Source: Candidatus Omnitrophota bacterium (GTDB taxonomy: Bacteria; Omnitrophota; Gorgyraeia; Zapsychrales; Zapsychraceae). From it: a DNA stretch of 64,000 bases. Location: positions 68,045 through 132,044 of the forward strand of contig JADFXQ010000001.1 of the NCBI GenBank assembly GCA_015233495.1. Direction: 5' to 3'. Under the pieces are notes generated by a model, which saw nothing but the letters and a program-made list of their open reading frames with translations, searched no databases and was not told the origin of the DNA. Below, piece by piece: positions 1-10,472 of this stretch. The translations under genes were made by a program, and so were the position numbers. The first letter of the stretch is position 1. Every line of letters starts with the position of its first letter.

Positions 1-888
1 CCGCCGTGACCTGTCCCTGGAAAACATTTCCCAAGCTATCGGGGGTAATGATTCCCGCCAAAGATTCCCAGCTCCCCAAATCCGACCAGCCTAAATCCGG
101 CGCGAGAACCGCGACGACCCGTTGGGATTTTTCCAATACGCCGTAATCGATGGAGACCGGTTCAAGCTTAGCCCATTGCGCATTGAAATCAGCGTGGTTC
201 AAATGAACGCGAAAAAATTGTTCCAGGTTCGGCAGATGGGCGCGAAATTCTTCTAAGATAACGCCAGCCTTCCACACAAACATCCCGCTGTTCCAAAAAT
301 AATTTCCCTGGCGCAGATATTGCCGGGCCCGTTTGATATCCGGCTTTTCCACGAACCGCGCCACTTTGTGAATGGTCGCGCCCTGACTTCGGCTAGTCTT
401 GGTCTGAAAATATCCGTATCCGGTTTCCGGCCGGGTCGGAGTAATGCCAAAGGTGACCAAAAAATCGGTTTGCGCCAAGGCGATCGCCCGGTCCAGACAG
501 GCCAGAAATTTTTTCGACTCGCGGATCAAATGATCCGACGGAAAAATGCCCATGACCGCTTGCGGGTCCCGGCCGTGAATCACAGACGCGGCCCAGCCGA
601 TCGCGGGCGCGGTATTCTTGGCGGATGGTTCATATAAAATATTAGCGGGTGGAATCGCAAACCCGGACAGTTGGCGTTTGATAATTGTCCGGTACCGCTG
701 ATTGGTCAAAATCAAAATATTGGCCTGCGGCACCCGGGCCGCGACCCGTTGGACCGTCTGCTGTAACAACGAATCCTTCCCGGTCAAGGCCAGAAATTGT
801 TTGGGAAAACTCGCCCGGCTCAACGGCCAAAACCGCGTGCCGGATCCCCCGGCGAGAATCACAGCGTAAATATGGCTTCGATTTGTCA
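1..888 (-). CDS. manC: mannose-1-phosphate guanylyltransferase (GDP-mannose pyrophosphorylase), N-terminal portion; gene continues past window start
   Basis: Absent from the ORF track because there is no in-window stop. Reverse-strand translation from ATG (888-886) gives MTNRSHIYAVILAGGSGTRFWPLSRASFPKQFLALTGKDSLLQQTVQRV... This carries the GGxGTRxWPLS nucleotidyltransferase signature and a ManC/CpsB-like N-terminus. Confidence 0.75.
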
Positions 889-944
889 TGGTTGAAAGAA
901 TAACATCAAGATGTCATTTGTCTGACTTAAATAACCTCTTTCCG

Positions 945-2123
945 TTATATTCCTGTATTCATTTTTTTAATAAACTTTCCGACCACTTCCGCCACATAAT
1001 CCAAATCCGCCAATTCGATGTCCTGATGGATGCCGATGTGCGTCCCGTGATCGGAACAGAATTCGGCTTCCGGGAAATCGCCGAGTTTGTGGCCTAAAAA
1101 AGCATAGCTCGGGCATTGCGTTGGTATGGAATAAAATAAATTGCGCGAATCAATGCCGGCGGCCTCGATTTGGGCGACCAATTGATCTTTAGAAAACGGC
1201 AGGCCTTCGCGGACAATTATGTGAAACGCGTGCGGCCCGATTTTTTCATACGGCTCTTCTTTGAGGAATATAAAATACGGCTCAAAGATTTTGAATTTGT
1301 CGATCAGGTACAGTAAATTCCGCCGGCGTTTGCCTAAAATCTGATCAAAAATTTTAATGTTTCCTAAACCCACCGCGGCTTCCAGCTCATTCATTTTCGC
1401 GGAAAACCCGACTCGTTTTGCCGTAAATTTTCCGTCAATGCCATGGTTGCGCAACGAGATCAACACGTCCCGCAGCTTCTGGTCATTGGTCGTCACCATT
1501 CCGCCTTCAATGGAGGTGACAATATGCGCGGCGTATAAACTATAAGCCGCCATTCGGCCGAAGGTCCCGATTTTTTTTCCGCGGTATTCCGCGCCATGCG
1601 CTTCTGCCGCGTCTTCAATCACCAACAGCTTATGCTGACGGGCAATCGCCATGATCTGATCCATGTCCGCGGGCTTGCCCATCAAATGCACCGGCATGAT
1701 CGCCCGGGTCTTAGAGGTAATCGCCGCCTCGATTTTATCCGGATCAATGTTCAACGTGTCCCGCCGAACATCCACGAACACCGGCGTGAGTCCGGCTTGC
1801 AGGACAGCGTTGCCGCTGGCCACGAACGATAACGCGGGCACAATGATTTCATCGCCGCGCGCTGCTCCCTCATCATAAAGCGCCGCGCAAGCCAAGGCAT
1901 CCGCGTCCGTGCCGCTGCTCACCGAAACTGCGTATTTTACGCCAAACAATTCGGCGAACTTTTCCTCAAACGCCTGCACATATTTGCCGCGGGTCAACCA
2001 TTTCGCGTCAATAGCGGCGTTAATTAGCTGTTTTGCCTCGTCGGTAATGGAAACCGTGCCAAACGGCACCCGCATCTTCGCTTTAGCGGCCAAAGACGCG
2101 CTGTTCGCGTGATCAATCGTCAT
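945..2123 (-). CDS. DegT/DnrJ/EryC1/StrS family PLP-dependent sugar aminotransferase (perosamine-synthase-like)
   Basis: 403-aa ORF with DegT-family sequence throughout. Start re-set to MTIDHAN, where ATG overlaps the TGA of the upstream SDR gene (ATGA coupling). Confidence 0.8.
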   Translation of the reverse strand: MTIDHANSASLAAKAKMRVPFGTVSITDEAKQLINAAIDAKWLTRGKYVQAFEEKFAELFGVKYAVSVSSGTDADALACAALYDEGAARGDEIIVPALSFVASGNAVLQAGLTPVFVDVRRDTLNIDPDKIEAAITSKTRAIMPVHLMGKPADMDQIMAIARQHKLLVIEDAAEAHGAEYRGKKIGTFGRMAAYSLYAAHIVTSIEGGMVTTNDQKLRDVLISLRNHGIDGKFTAKRVGFSAKMNELEAAVGLGNIKIFDQILGKRRRNLLYLIDKFKIFEPYFIFLKEEPYEKIGPHAFHIIVREGLPFSKDQLVAQIEAAGIDSRNLFYSIPTQCPSYAFLGHKLGDFPEAEFCSDHGTHIGIHQDIELADLDYVAEVVGKFIKKMNTGI

Positions 2124-3115
2124 TTCTTTTTTTCCCTCTCTACTTGTTTGCGGCAATAATCCAATAAATGGTCTACCGTATCGGCAAACGCATATTTCGG
2201 CTGCCAGCCGGTCTCCGTTTCAAACTTTGCCGTGTCCGGAATGGATAAGGCAATATCCGTTGGCCGCAGCAACCCCGGGTCGACCCTCGACGGAATCGGC
2301 CGCCGGGCTTTTTGTTTTAATATTTCCAGAAATTCCCGGATCGTGACCGGATTTTTCGCGCCAATGTTATAAACCTCACCTGGCCGTCCTTGGGTCAACG
2401 CGATCCATAATGCCTCTGCCGCGTCCCGGGCGTCTAAGAGCGTCCGCTTCGCGTCTAAATTTCCGTGTGTCAGCTCAGTCTGCAGTCCGGCTTCAATGCG
2501 CGCGACCTGGGTCGCAAAGGCGGAGGCGAATAAATCCGGCCGGCGCGGACTGATATAGGGAAACATCCGCGCCCGGATAATTTTCATTCCATAACACAAA
2601 AAATAACATTCGCCCAAAAGGTCCTGCGTGACCTTGGAAACGGAATAAGGATTCACCCCCTGCAAAGGACACGTTTCATTAACGGGGATGTGCCGGGGAT
2701 CGACCCGGCCATAGACTTCCGACGAACTGCAAATCAAGATGTAGGGATCAAGTTTAAGCTGGCGCACCGCGTCGAGCAAATGCGCGGCGCCCATCATATT
2801 GTTATAAAGAACCGGCAAAGGCGCCTTGAACGAGGCCCGCACATCCGCGTCGGAAGCCACATGAACAATGCCGTCGGGCCGCACCAGATACAGCACTTCC
2901 AACACCGCGTGCAAATCCGTCAAATCCGCGTAATGAATTTCAACCCGGGACTCCACCCCTGCCAAATTGCGGCGCGCTGCCTTGCTCTGTCCTCGCGCCA
3001 GACCATGCACGCAGACATTGGGATGACGCGCCACAATATAATCGGCAAGATAACTTCCGGCCGCGCCGGTAATGCCCGCGATGAAAATCTTTTTAAATTT
3101 ACGCGTATCGTTCAT
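2120..3115 (-). CDS. NAD-dependent sugar nucleotide dehydratase/reductase (GDP-mannose 4,6-dehydratase / Rmd-like extended SDR)
   Basis: N-terminal GITGAAGSYLADYIV Rossmann motif like Gmd (GITGQDGSYLAE). YSVSK catalytic YxxxK. 331 aa. Confidence 0.65.
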   Translation of the reverse strand: MNDTRKFKKIFIAGITGAAGSYLADYIVARHPNVCVHGLARGQSKAARRNLAGVESRVEIHYADLTDLHAVLEVLYLVRPDGIVHVASDADVRASFKAPLPVLYNNMMGAAHLLDAVRQLKLDPYILICSSSEVYGRVDPRHIPVNETCPLQGVNPYSVSKVTQDLLGECYFLCYGMKIIRARMFPYISPRRPDLFASAFATQVARIEAGLQTELTHGNLDAKRTLLDARDAAEALWIALTQGRPGEVYNIGAKNPVTIREFLEILKQKARRPIPSRVDPGLLRPTDIALSIPDTAKFETETGWQPKYAFADTVDHLLDYCRKQVEREKKK

Positions 3116-3174
3116 ATTTTTTGTGAGTCGCGCTATTGGAACGAAAAGAAAATCCCAGCCATAATCGACCTGAA

Positions 3175-3870
3175 TCAGCGGTTCCCTTCCCCCCGCGCGC
3201 GCGCGATCCGTTCCGGGGTGCCGATATCATGAAACGACGATTCCGTGACAAAGGCGTAAAGACCTTGGGCAACAAGTTGAGGAAACAGGTCATATTCTAA
3301 CGAAAATTTTTCTCGTTGCGGCGTCAAAACAAAAATTTTTTTGGAAAAACAATATATCCCGGCGTTGGCAAATACCGGTCCGGCAGGAGCGAACGCGGAT
3401 TTTTCATGAAATGCCAAAATACGCTGCGCAGCATCGAAAATAACTGCGCCAAAATCCGCGCCATTATCGACCCGGGACACCGCCAGAGTTCCCAGGCTAT
3501 TCTTCTGACGGTGAAAACTTAAAAGAGCGTCCAGATCCGCCGGGCAAAAGGAATCGCCGTTAAATACAAAAAAATCGTCGGAAGCAATCAATCCCGAAGC
3601 TAATTGCAAAGCGCCCCCGGTGCCTAAAGGAGTGGTTTCGCGGGAAAATAATACCGCCATTCCCGGATTGGCTTGGTAATACGCTTCAATTTCTTGCGCC
3701 TGATACCCCGTGCACAGAATCACCCGGCGCGCGCCTTGCCCCCGCAATTGATCCATAATCCGGTCGAGAAACGGCCGGCCGTTCACCTGAGCCATGACCT
3801 TGGCATGCTCACCGATCACGGATCGCAACCGCGTACCCAACCCGCCGCAAAGAATAACCGCGTCAATCAA
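3175..3870 (-). CDS. sugar-phosphate nucleotidyltransferase (HddC/ManC-N-terminal-like)
   Basis: LIDAVILCGGLGTRLRS G-rich NTP-transferase motif. ORF track start is at 3918. A TTG at 3870 with GGGGAG SD upstream is more likely and removes the overlap with the upstream lipoprotein gene. Confidence 0.65.
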   Translation of the reverse strand: MIDAVILCGGLGTRLRSVIGEHAKVMAQVNGRPFLDRIMDQLRGQGARRVILCTGYQAQEIEAYYQANPGMAVLFSRETTPLGTGGALQLASGLIASDDFFVFNGDSFCPADLDALLSFHRQKNSLGTLAVSRVDNGADFGAVIFDAAQRILAFHEKSAFAPAGPVFANAGIYCFSKKIFVLTPQREKFSLEYDLFPQLVAQGLYAFVTESSFHDIGTPERIARARGEGNR

Positions 3871-4208
3871 TTCGAACTCCCCATCTCCTTCAAATGCGCT
3901 CGGGCCATATCCGTCCAAAACCCTTCGGAATATTTTTTAGTCAGCCGTTCGTACACTTCCTGCGCTTCCCGCGTCCGACCGCAAGCGCGGGCGCTTTGTG
4001 CCCAATAATATAAAGCAGCAGCCGCCATAGGATGATCTGGCTGTTCATTGGCGAATTTCTGATAAAACTGCCGCGCCTGTTCATAATGTTTACGGTCATA
4101 CGCGGATTGCGCCAAATCATATGCGTCCGGCGAAACATAGCGGGTCGACGCGCATCCGGATAGGATAGCGATCCCCAACAGCAGCTCTAACCAAAAAATT
4201 TTTTTCAT
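3867..4208 (-). CDS. small lipoprotein, TPR-like helical (YbgF-like) domain
   Basis: Signal peptide plus lipobox LSGCAS, then helical repeat-like sequence. Start taken as MKKIFW. Confidence 0.45.
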   Translation of the reverse strand: MKKIFWLELLLGIAILSGCASTRYVSPDAYDLAQSAYDRKHYEQARQFYQKFANEQPDHPMAAAALYYWAQSARACGRTREAQEVYERLTKKYSEGFWTDMARAHLKEMGSSN

Positions 4209-4861
4209 TTCCATTGCTCCTCAATCCATTGCGCAGCTTGCATATAATCCCGGGTATCCGGAACAATGCTGTCTTCTCCCTCCCGGATCGTCTTAACCTT
4301 CCAACCCAAATCATAAAGAAACTGATGATCAGCTTGCGTTGCCTGCTCTTGATTATCCTTGATCCGTCGGATCAAAACGGCCCAGTGACGTATCCGCGCT
4401 TGATGACCACTTTTATAACGCTCCGGAATGGCCCCGCCTTGAATAACCACCGCCCGAAACAGCGCGCTCTGTTCAAAAAGCAAGGCGTACGCCATTGTCG
4501 CCCCTTCGACAAAACCCGCCGCAATGATTTTTTGCGGGTTTACCGGATACGAATGCCCAATTTGTTTAAGCGTGCCGGCTAACCGGCGGCTCTCCCAGGA
4601 AAGACTGCTGATTTCCGGCTTGATATTTTTCTCCGCGTAAATTAGCCATTTGTAGGTTTCAGCCACATTTTTCCAAGCGCCGATCATCGCCCAGGCATCC
4701 GGCTTCTTCGAAAAAACCGCGACTAAAGGATAGGTTCTTCCCACCACAACGCCCTGGGGAATATACAATAAATAGTCTTTGGTATTGGTCAGCCGCGGCA
4801 CCTGCGCCAAAGCCGGACCCGCCCAAAAAAGCAACATCAGCAAACCAAAGCTTATTTTCAT
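4205..4861 (-). CDS. secreted alpha/beta-hydrolase-like protein (phospholipase/carboxylesterase family-like, nucleophile Ser apparently replaced)
   Basis: Signal peptide MKISFGLLMLLFWAGPALA. AAGFVEGATMA aligns to the esterase elbow GFSQGGAMA, but with V in place of Ser. Confidence 0.3.
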   Translation of the reverse strand: MKISFGLLMLLFWAGPALAQVPRLTNTKDYLLYIPQGVVVGRTYPLVAVFSKKPDAWAMIGAWKNVAETYKWLIYAEKNIKPEISSLSWESRRLAGTLKQIGHSYPVNPQKIIAAGFVEGATMAYALLFEQSALFRAVVIQGGAIPERYKSGHQARIRHWAVLIRRIKDNQEQATQADHQFLYDLGWKVKTIREGEDSIVPDTRDYMQAAQWIEEQWK

Positions 4862-5020
4862 AAAACCTGCCTCAACGGTGTAAGTTGTGACGATTATACC
4901 CTATCCCAGAAGCTCTGAAAAGCACTAAATCTGCCGCTAAAATTTCCGGCGAAAAATCGGTCAGCATGTTATAATTGAAAAAATATTAAAGCGTGCCGCC
5001 CCAGCAAAAGGAGCCTGTTT

Positions 5021-5437
5021 ATGGAAACGTACATTTCTTTGTCGAAAAAATGGACCGCGCAGCAAAAAGAAATCTGGGCGGTGATTGAAGACCATTGGCA
5101 ATGTCTCGTCGAAGGAAAGACCGAACAATTCATCCAATACATTCACCCCGACTTTGTCGGATTCGGCCATGAAAGCCCTTACCCGGTGGATTTCGGCTGG
5201 CTGAAAGACTGGGTTGGTTTTTGGTCAAAAAGCACAAAATTTCTCACCCACGGCGTGCGGCCTATCCACATTGTTATTCACGACAATATCGCAATCGTGC
5301 AATACTGTCTGTTTACTATCGTTAAACACGATGTCAGCGCGCCGACCAGCTCCATCCGGCGTTACACCATGACCTGGAAAAAAACAAACGGTAAATGGCA
5401 AGTCATTGCCAGCCATAATAATCTGCAAGGGGAGTAA
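5021..5437 (+). CDS. SnoaL-like / NTF2-fold domain protein (DUF4440-like)
   Basis: 138 aa, with a WxxxxxxG...H...D NTF2-like pattern. One of few plus-strand genes, with an SD-like AAAGGAG upstream. Confidence 0.5.
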   Translation: METYISLSKKWTAQQKEIWAVIEDHWQCLVEGKTEQFIQYIHPDFVGFGHESPYPVDFGWLKDWVGFWSKSTKFLTHGVRPIHIVIHDNIAIVQYCLFTIVKHDVSAPTSSIRRYTMTWKKTNGKWQVIASHNNLQGE

Positions 5438-5438
5438 T

Positions 5439-5551
5439 ACAGGACACAAGTATTCTAAATTTTAATTCTAGTTTTTAATAGAAAATCAGGCAGACACAAC
5501 AAATTTTTAAATAAATGTAAACGACATTACTTGTGTCTTGTGTCTTGTGTC
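5439..5551. repeat. GACACAAG/CTTGTGTC terminal-inverted-heptamer intergenic element, copy 1 (forward)
   Basis: Left end is acaGGACACAAGta. Core is aaaatcaggcagacacaacaaattttt...aaatgtaaacgacat. Right end is taCTTGTGTCTTGTGTCTTGTGTC. Lies between convergent genes. Confidence 0.8.
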
Positions 5552-5555
5552 TTTT

Positions 5556-6326
5556 TTAAAACCGCACTACCACCCCAGTCACAATTCCACACGCTTCGTT
5601 TTTATTGACAATCGGACTTTTCTTGATATTGGTTCCCAGGAATTCCAGGTCGAAACGGGTAACTAAAAAACACGTTTTCGACAACCCCATATTAAACCCG
5701 AGATTGACAAAAGGATTCCACGCGGCGTCGCCTTTATACGACGAACGCGACGCATTGGCTTCATAATCCCGCACGCCATAATAATAATCCACGAACATTT
5801 TGCTTTGCCAGGACGCGCCCAGGGACGGAACAATTTCAAAAAACGACCCTTTGAATTTTTTCGTCAAAGCCAGAACGCCTTCTTGCCCGCCGTAGACGTT
5901 CAACACATCCGTCGAAACTTCCACGCTTAAAAACAAATCTTCCCCCCACGGGATCGTCCGCTCGACCCGGCCGCCGGCTGCCAGGGAATTATGGCGGTCT
6001 TCCATGCCGGCAAAAGCTTTGGAATCATCCGCCTGATAACCCGTCAGCTGAGGCGACAAAAAAACATCCGCGCGCCAATCGTCATTTTCAAAAGCCACCC
6101 ATCCGCCTTTCAACCCCTGAATAAAAAAATTTCCCTGCCGCCATTTGATTATCGGAATCGGCGTCACTGACGGCTTCATGTCCTCATACGGCCGGAAAGC
6201 AGTATAAACCCCCATACCCGCCACATTAAATTCTCCCTTCTCCCGAGGCGCATCCTGCGCCCATCCGAGGTTTGCGCAGCATAACAGTGACAAGCAAAAT
6301 TCCATCACAAGTTTCCGTGACAACAT
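5556..6326 (-). CDS. mipA: MipA/OmpV family outer-membrane beta-barrel protein
   Basis: Signal peptide, alternating beta-strand pattern, and a C-terminal aromatic (..VVRF) typical of OMPs. Size and motifs resemble MltA-interacting protein. Confidence 0.55.
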   Translation of the reverse strand: MLSRKLVMEFCLSLLCCANLGWAQDAPREKGEFNVAGMGVYTAFRPYEDMKPSVTPIPIIKWRQGNFFIQGLKGGWVAFENDDWRADVFLSPQLTGYQADDSKAFAGMEDRHNSLAAGGRVERTIPWGEDLFLSVEVSTDVLNVYGGQEGVLALTKKFKGSFFEIVPSLGASWQSKMFVDYYYGVRDYEANASRSSYKGDAAWNPFVNLGFNMGLSKTCFLVTRFDLEFLGTNIKKSPIVNKNEACGIVTGVVVRF

Positions 6327-6600
6327 TTCCCGCTCCTCTGTTCATTGAGTTAAATAAAAAATATTTTATGCCAAAAATGGAAACACGCAAGCGGGAATCT
6401 CGAATTTATATCGTCGAGATCTCTGTCCATGATTTTGCAATTGCCGATTTTTCGCGGTGATCGGACTCTTGCGGAAAAACGTTTCCCTTTGACACTAAAG
6501 TAAGGTAGACAAATCAATTTTCTCAAGATAAAATAAATCCAAAAAGGGATATGCGGATTCGGGCGTAAATATATATATTACACAAAAATAATTCTTACAG

Positions 6601-7164
6601 GTGAATCTAATGTTTAAACGAGTGTTAGTCCCCTTAGCCGAAGGTTTTGAAGAAATCGAGGCTCTTTTCCCGGTAGATTTATTGCGGCGCGCTGAGATTG
6701 AAGTTGTGATCGCCGGCCTAAACACTCAAAACGTCAAAAGCGCCCACGGAATCATTGTCACTGCGGATACCACGTTGGATAAAGTCACGGGCAATTTCGA
6801 CGGCGTTCTGCTGCACGGCGGCAATCCCGGCACACAAAATCTGGCAGCTTCAACCTTGGTTTCCGAGTTGATCAAACAATATTTTCAGCAAGGAAAATTG
6901 ATCGCCGCGATCTGCGGCGCCCCCGCCGGAGTGGTGTATCCGACCGGCATCCTCAAAGACAAACGCGCGACCGGTTTTCCCGGCGCAGAAAAGCGGTTCG
7001 GCAAAGACACCATCTTTGTGCTCGCGCCGGTCGTGGTTGACGGCAATATCCTCACCAGCCGCGGTGTCGGCACGGCGCACGCCTTTGGCTTGGCGGTCAT
7101 TGCCTATCTTTTGGGCAATGAAAAACGCGACGAGATCAGCCAACGGACTTTATTCCCGGAATAA
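6601..7164 (+). CDS. DJ-1/PfpI (ThiJ) family protein
   Basis: The AICGAP motif has the DJ-1 nucleophile Cys in AIC(G)A. 187 aa. Start possibly MFKRV at 6610. Confidence 0.8.
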   Translation: MNLMFKRVLVPLAEGFEEIEALFPVDLLRRAEIEVVIAGLNTQNVKSAHGIIVTADTTLDKVTGNFDGVLLHGGNPGTQNLAASTLVSELIKQYFQQGKLIAAICGAPAGVVYPTGILKDKRATGFPGAEKRFGKDTIFVLAPVVVDGNILTSRGVGTAHAFGLAVIAYLLGNEKRDEISQRTLFPE

Positions 7165-7253
7165 ATTCTAGGGAAATGCGTCCATAACATTGCGAATGCG
7201 CGCGCCTTCCGTTATAATGAACCCTTTCCGATTTTAATTGCCAAAGGATTATC

Positions 7254-10200
7254 TTGAAACGGCCCGCTTCCCTTTTTTTCGCGCTTTTATTTGTCCTGAT
7301 TTTTGCCTGCGGATTATTTTATATCCGGAATGTTTTCATCCCGATTCACTTAAAACAGATCCTGATCAACCAAGCTTCGGCTTTTCTCAAACGCCGGATT
7401 GTGGTCGAAGATATTGATTTCCGAGTCCCGCAAGGCTTCCGGTTTAAAAGATTAACCGTCTTTCGCCAAGACGATCCGCAAAAGCCGTTTATCCAAGTTG
7501 ACGAAATCACTTTCGGCTTTTTCTTTCCCGACTTTTTTCATCAAAGGTCCGTTTATATCCCCTCTTTGAATATCAACGGCCCCTCCATTTTCCTGCGGCG
7601 CGATGAAAAAAACGGCTGGAATTTCGCGGATCTGCTCCCCGGCTCCGGTAAGCAAGGAATAAAAATCAACCGTTTCGGTTTCCGCGTATCCACCCGTCGC
7701 TTCCTCGTGAAAAATGGAAAAATTGCTGTCGAAGACGCATCGGTCAATCCGCCGCTCATAGAAAGCATCAACAATATCAACGCCGATGTCCGGCTCAGCT
7801 CGACGCGCCGCGTCATTTTTTCCGTAGACCTTGCTATTCCCCAACGCCAAGCGGATCTGCAACTGAGCGGAGCATACGATCTGAATCAAAAAAAATTATC
7901 CGCTACCCTGGCCGGCCGCAACCTCCCGCTCGCCGCTTATTTCCCAACCTTTCACCAAACTTGGCCTGTCGCTTTCCCAGCCGGCATACTCGCGTCCCTC
8001 AAAACCGCAGTCACTTACGAGAACCAGACACTCTCGCTCATCGGGGATTTCGCCGTGCGTCAACTGCAGATTGCGTCTTTGCCATCCGCGCTTTTCTCGA
8101 TCCGGCAGATCACCGGCCAAAAGTATGCCGCGTCTTGGGACGGTAAAAGTTTCTTAACGAAAGGCAATCTCCTCCTTTCCGATTTAGAAATAAAATCCGG
8201 GACTGAAACATTTACCGCGGCCAACCTGACCTCCGGAGACTTATTCTGCGGCCGAACGCCTAATAAAATCGGCTTAAACGGCAGCTTCACCGTCGCCAAT
8301 GCTGTTTTTCAATCCGCGGGTCAGCAAGTTCAAGGCAATGTGATCTTCGATAATTTCAGAATCGTCCGGGAAGCAACCGGAATCAAAATCAAATCGGATA
8401 TCAAAATTCCGGATCTAACCGTCACCCGTGAAAACGGCTGGCGCGCCAGCGGCAACCTTACTTTATCCAAATTGCGGGCAGCCATCAACCCCGCAGAAAA
8501 AATCTATTCCGTAAAAAGCGGGATAACTTTGCTCAATTTGTCAGTCCAAAACGCCCAAGGATTAAATATCAAAACCAACGCCAATGACCCGGATCTCCGG
8601 CTCGACGGAAAAAATGCCGCTTGGAAAATCACCACCTCGCCGCAATTGATGAACTCCTTGGTTAAAACCCCGCAAGGCTTTGAATTCCGCGGCAGTGCGA
8701 CCTTTGATCCCACCCAACTTGATTTTGCCAACCATATCCTCACCATCGCCGGTAAAACGGTTTGCCATATTCCCACGGCAAAAATCGGCGAAAACCGCGG
8801 ATTCCAAGGCAATCCCGAGATCACGTTCAGCGTCCGCTCCGATCCGGCCCAAGAAAATCCCTGGGATTTTCAAAGCTCGGTTCTTTTGTCAGACGCAATC
8901 ATTGATGGCGTTCCGGGATTAGGCCAGATCTCCCGCGTCAGCGGTCTGCTCCAATTACGCCCGAATTCCATCCGCGCGGAAAAATTGGATCTCCGGGTCG
9001 CCAATTATGACCTGACGCTTTCCGGCGCGCTGCGCGATTTTGACAATCCCTATGCGGATCTTAAAGTTGCCACCCCCCGCGTCGATTTGGAATATCTTTT
9101 AGCCCGGCTTCCCCAGGATATACTTGCCAAAATTCCCGGCAAAATCGCCGGCCCCGCCGCGGGTGAAGTGAGCTTCAAAGGTTTAATCAGCCAGCCTGCG
9201 CAAGCCGAGATTACTGCCGCTATCTCTCTCGACGGGTTGCAGATTGCCCTGCCCGCTTTGCCGGGTCCAATCGACGCGGTGAGGGGAAAGATCCATTACA
9301 ACTCCCGGCAAACAACCTGGGAACAATTAACTGCGACATTCCAAAACCGCGACTACACGCTCAACGGGAAATTCACCCGCACACTCAAACCCTCGATTGA
9401 TCTCGAACTGCAAGAAAAAGATTTGTATTTTACCGCTAAAGTCAATCTGCTCAACCAGGTATTTCAAATAGACGCCTGTCAAGGCCGGTATCTGACCAGC
9501 GATTTTGACTTTAAAGGCGATATCAAATTAGACCCGTCCGGGAATCATTTCTTTGATATGCGGACCAATCTCGCCCTGAATTTAGCGGATTTGGCTTTAC
9601 TTCCCTACCCGCCTCTGCAAGACGCGGCCCGGCAGATTGATCCGCAAGGCGAGATCAGATTCAACGGTTTATGCCGCGGCCATATCCGCGATTGGCAAAA
9701 ATGGGACATAAAATATAAGGCAAATGCCGATGAAATCAAACTCAAAGGCATCCCCTTGACCGGCATGGTGGCAGACTTTGAACAACGGGGCGAGTATATT
9801 AGCAAATGCCTGCTCAGCGCGGATGTTTACGGAGGCAAGTTGAACCTGAAAGCAACGGCTGATCTGAAAAACAACAAGATTTTAAGCGATATTACCGCGA
9901 ACGTGGCGAATGCGGATTTGGCAAAATATACCGCGGAAAAAAAATTAAAAAACGAACAGATTGCCGGGACAGTCAACGCCTTTCTCCATGTCATCGGCCC
10001 GCTCAACGCCCCCAAATCGCTTAAAGGACAAGGCACACTGAAAATCACCAATGGTTATCTCTGGCGGTGGGACATTCTAGACGGGTTGTTCAAAGCCCTC
10101 TTGATCCCGGAATTTCAAAATATTTATTTCACGGGGGCGAACGCGGATTTTAAAATTAACAATGGAAAAATCGGCACGGACAATTTGAAACTGACCGGCA

Positions 10201-10472
10201 ATGTTCTCTCGCTGGCCGGAACCGGCTGGATGGATTTTAACGGTAATCTGCGGTTCAATATTGTCCCGCATTTTGACATTACGCTGATCGAACAATCCCA
10301 ATCTCTGCAGAAGATCCCCACGCAAATCATCAGTCAAGCCGTGCAAGCCAAAATCAGCGGCACCTTGGCCAAACCCGCTTACCTCATCGAACCCTTGCCG
10401 TTAAAAGTCCTGGAAGAAACCACGGATATTATCCGACAGGGCGTGCAAAATATTCTTGGAGAGTTGTTTTAA
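7254..10472 (+). CDS. AsmA/TamB-like large envelope protein
   Basis: 1072 aa. N-terminal TM anchor, then an AsmA-like N-domain (IVVEDIDFRVPQGFRFKRLTV) and a long beta-rich repeat body. Confidence 0.55.
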   Translation: MKRPASLFFALLFVLIFACGLFYIRNVFIPIHLKQILINQASAFLKRRIVVEDIDFRVPQGFRFKRLTVFRQDDPQKPFIQVDEITFGFFFPDFFHQRSVYIPSLNINGPSIFLRRDEKNGWNFADLLPGSGKQGIKINRFGFRVSTRRFLVKNGKIAVEDASVNPPLIESINNINADVRLSSTRRVIFSVDLAIPQRQADLQLSGAYDLNQKKLSATLAGRNLPLAAYFPTFHQTWPVAFPAGILASLKTAVTYENQTLSLIGDFAVRQLQIASLPSALFSIRQITGQKYAASWDGKSFLTKGNLLLSDLEIKSGTETFTAANLTSGDLFCGRTPNKIGLNGSFTVANAVFQSAGQQVQGNVIFDNFRIVREATGIKIKSDIKIPDLTVTRENGWRASGNLTLSKLRAAINPAEKIYSVKSGITLLNLSVQNAQGLNIKTNANDPDLRLDGKNAAWKITTSPQLMNSLVKTPQGFEFRGSATFDPTQLDFANHILTIAGKTVCHIPTAKIGENRGFQGNPEITFSVRSDPAQENPWDFQSSVLLSDAIIDGVPGLGQISRVSGLLQLRPNSIRAEKLDLRVANYDLTLSGALRDFDNPYADLKVATPRVDLEYLLARLPQDILAKIPGKIAGPAAGEVSFKGLISQPAQAEITAAISLDGLQIALPALPGPIDAVRGKIHYNSRQTTWEQLTATFQNRDYTLNGKFTRTLKPSIDLELQEKDLYFTAKVNLLNQVFQIDACQGRYLTSDFDFKGDIKLDPSGNHFFDMRTNLALNLADLALLPYPPLQDAARQIDPQGEIRFNGLCRGHIRDWQKWDIKYKANADEIKLKGIPLTGMVADFEQRGEYISKCLLSADVYGGKLNLKATADLKNNKILSDITANVANADLAKYTAEKKLKNEQIAGTVNAFLHVIGPLNAPKSLKGQGTLKITNGYLWRWDILDGLFKALLIPEFQNIYFTGANADFKINNGKIGTDNLKLTGNVLSLAGTGWMDFNGNLRFNIVPHFDITLIEQSQSLQKIPTQIISQAVQAKISGTLAKPAYLIEPLPLKVLEETTDIIRQGVQNILGELF

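Noticed and set aside
253-637. ORF-track ORFs 253..450(-) and 320..637(+) near the window start
   Set aside because: They lie inside the much better supported manC reading frame (minus strand, <1..888), which has clear nucleotidyltransferase motifs. They are treated as shadow ORFs.
2690-3232. 180-aa plus-strand ORF antisense to the SDR gene. The same applies to the many other antisense ORFs of 60-320 aa (e.g. 1357..1545, 28128..28730, 31067..31672, 42535..43371, 44359..45324, 52353..52904).
   Set aside because: They fully overlap strongly supported conserved genes on the opposite strand. They have low-complexity or Arg/Pro-rich composition typical of antisense frames of GC-balanced genes, and no recognisable domains.
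5531-5551. Possibility that the CTTGTGTC tandem arrays are CRISPR repeats
   Set aside because: Repeat units are only 7-8 bp and directly abutting, with no spacers and no cas genes. They are always paired with an inverted array ~100 bp away, so they are repeat-element termini, not CRISPR.
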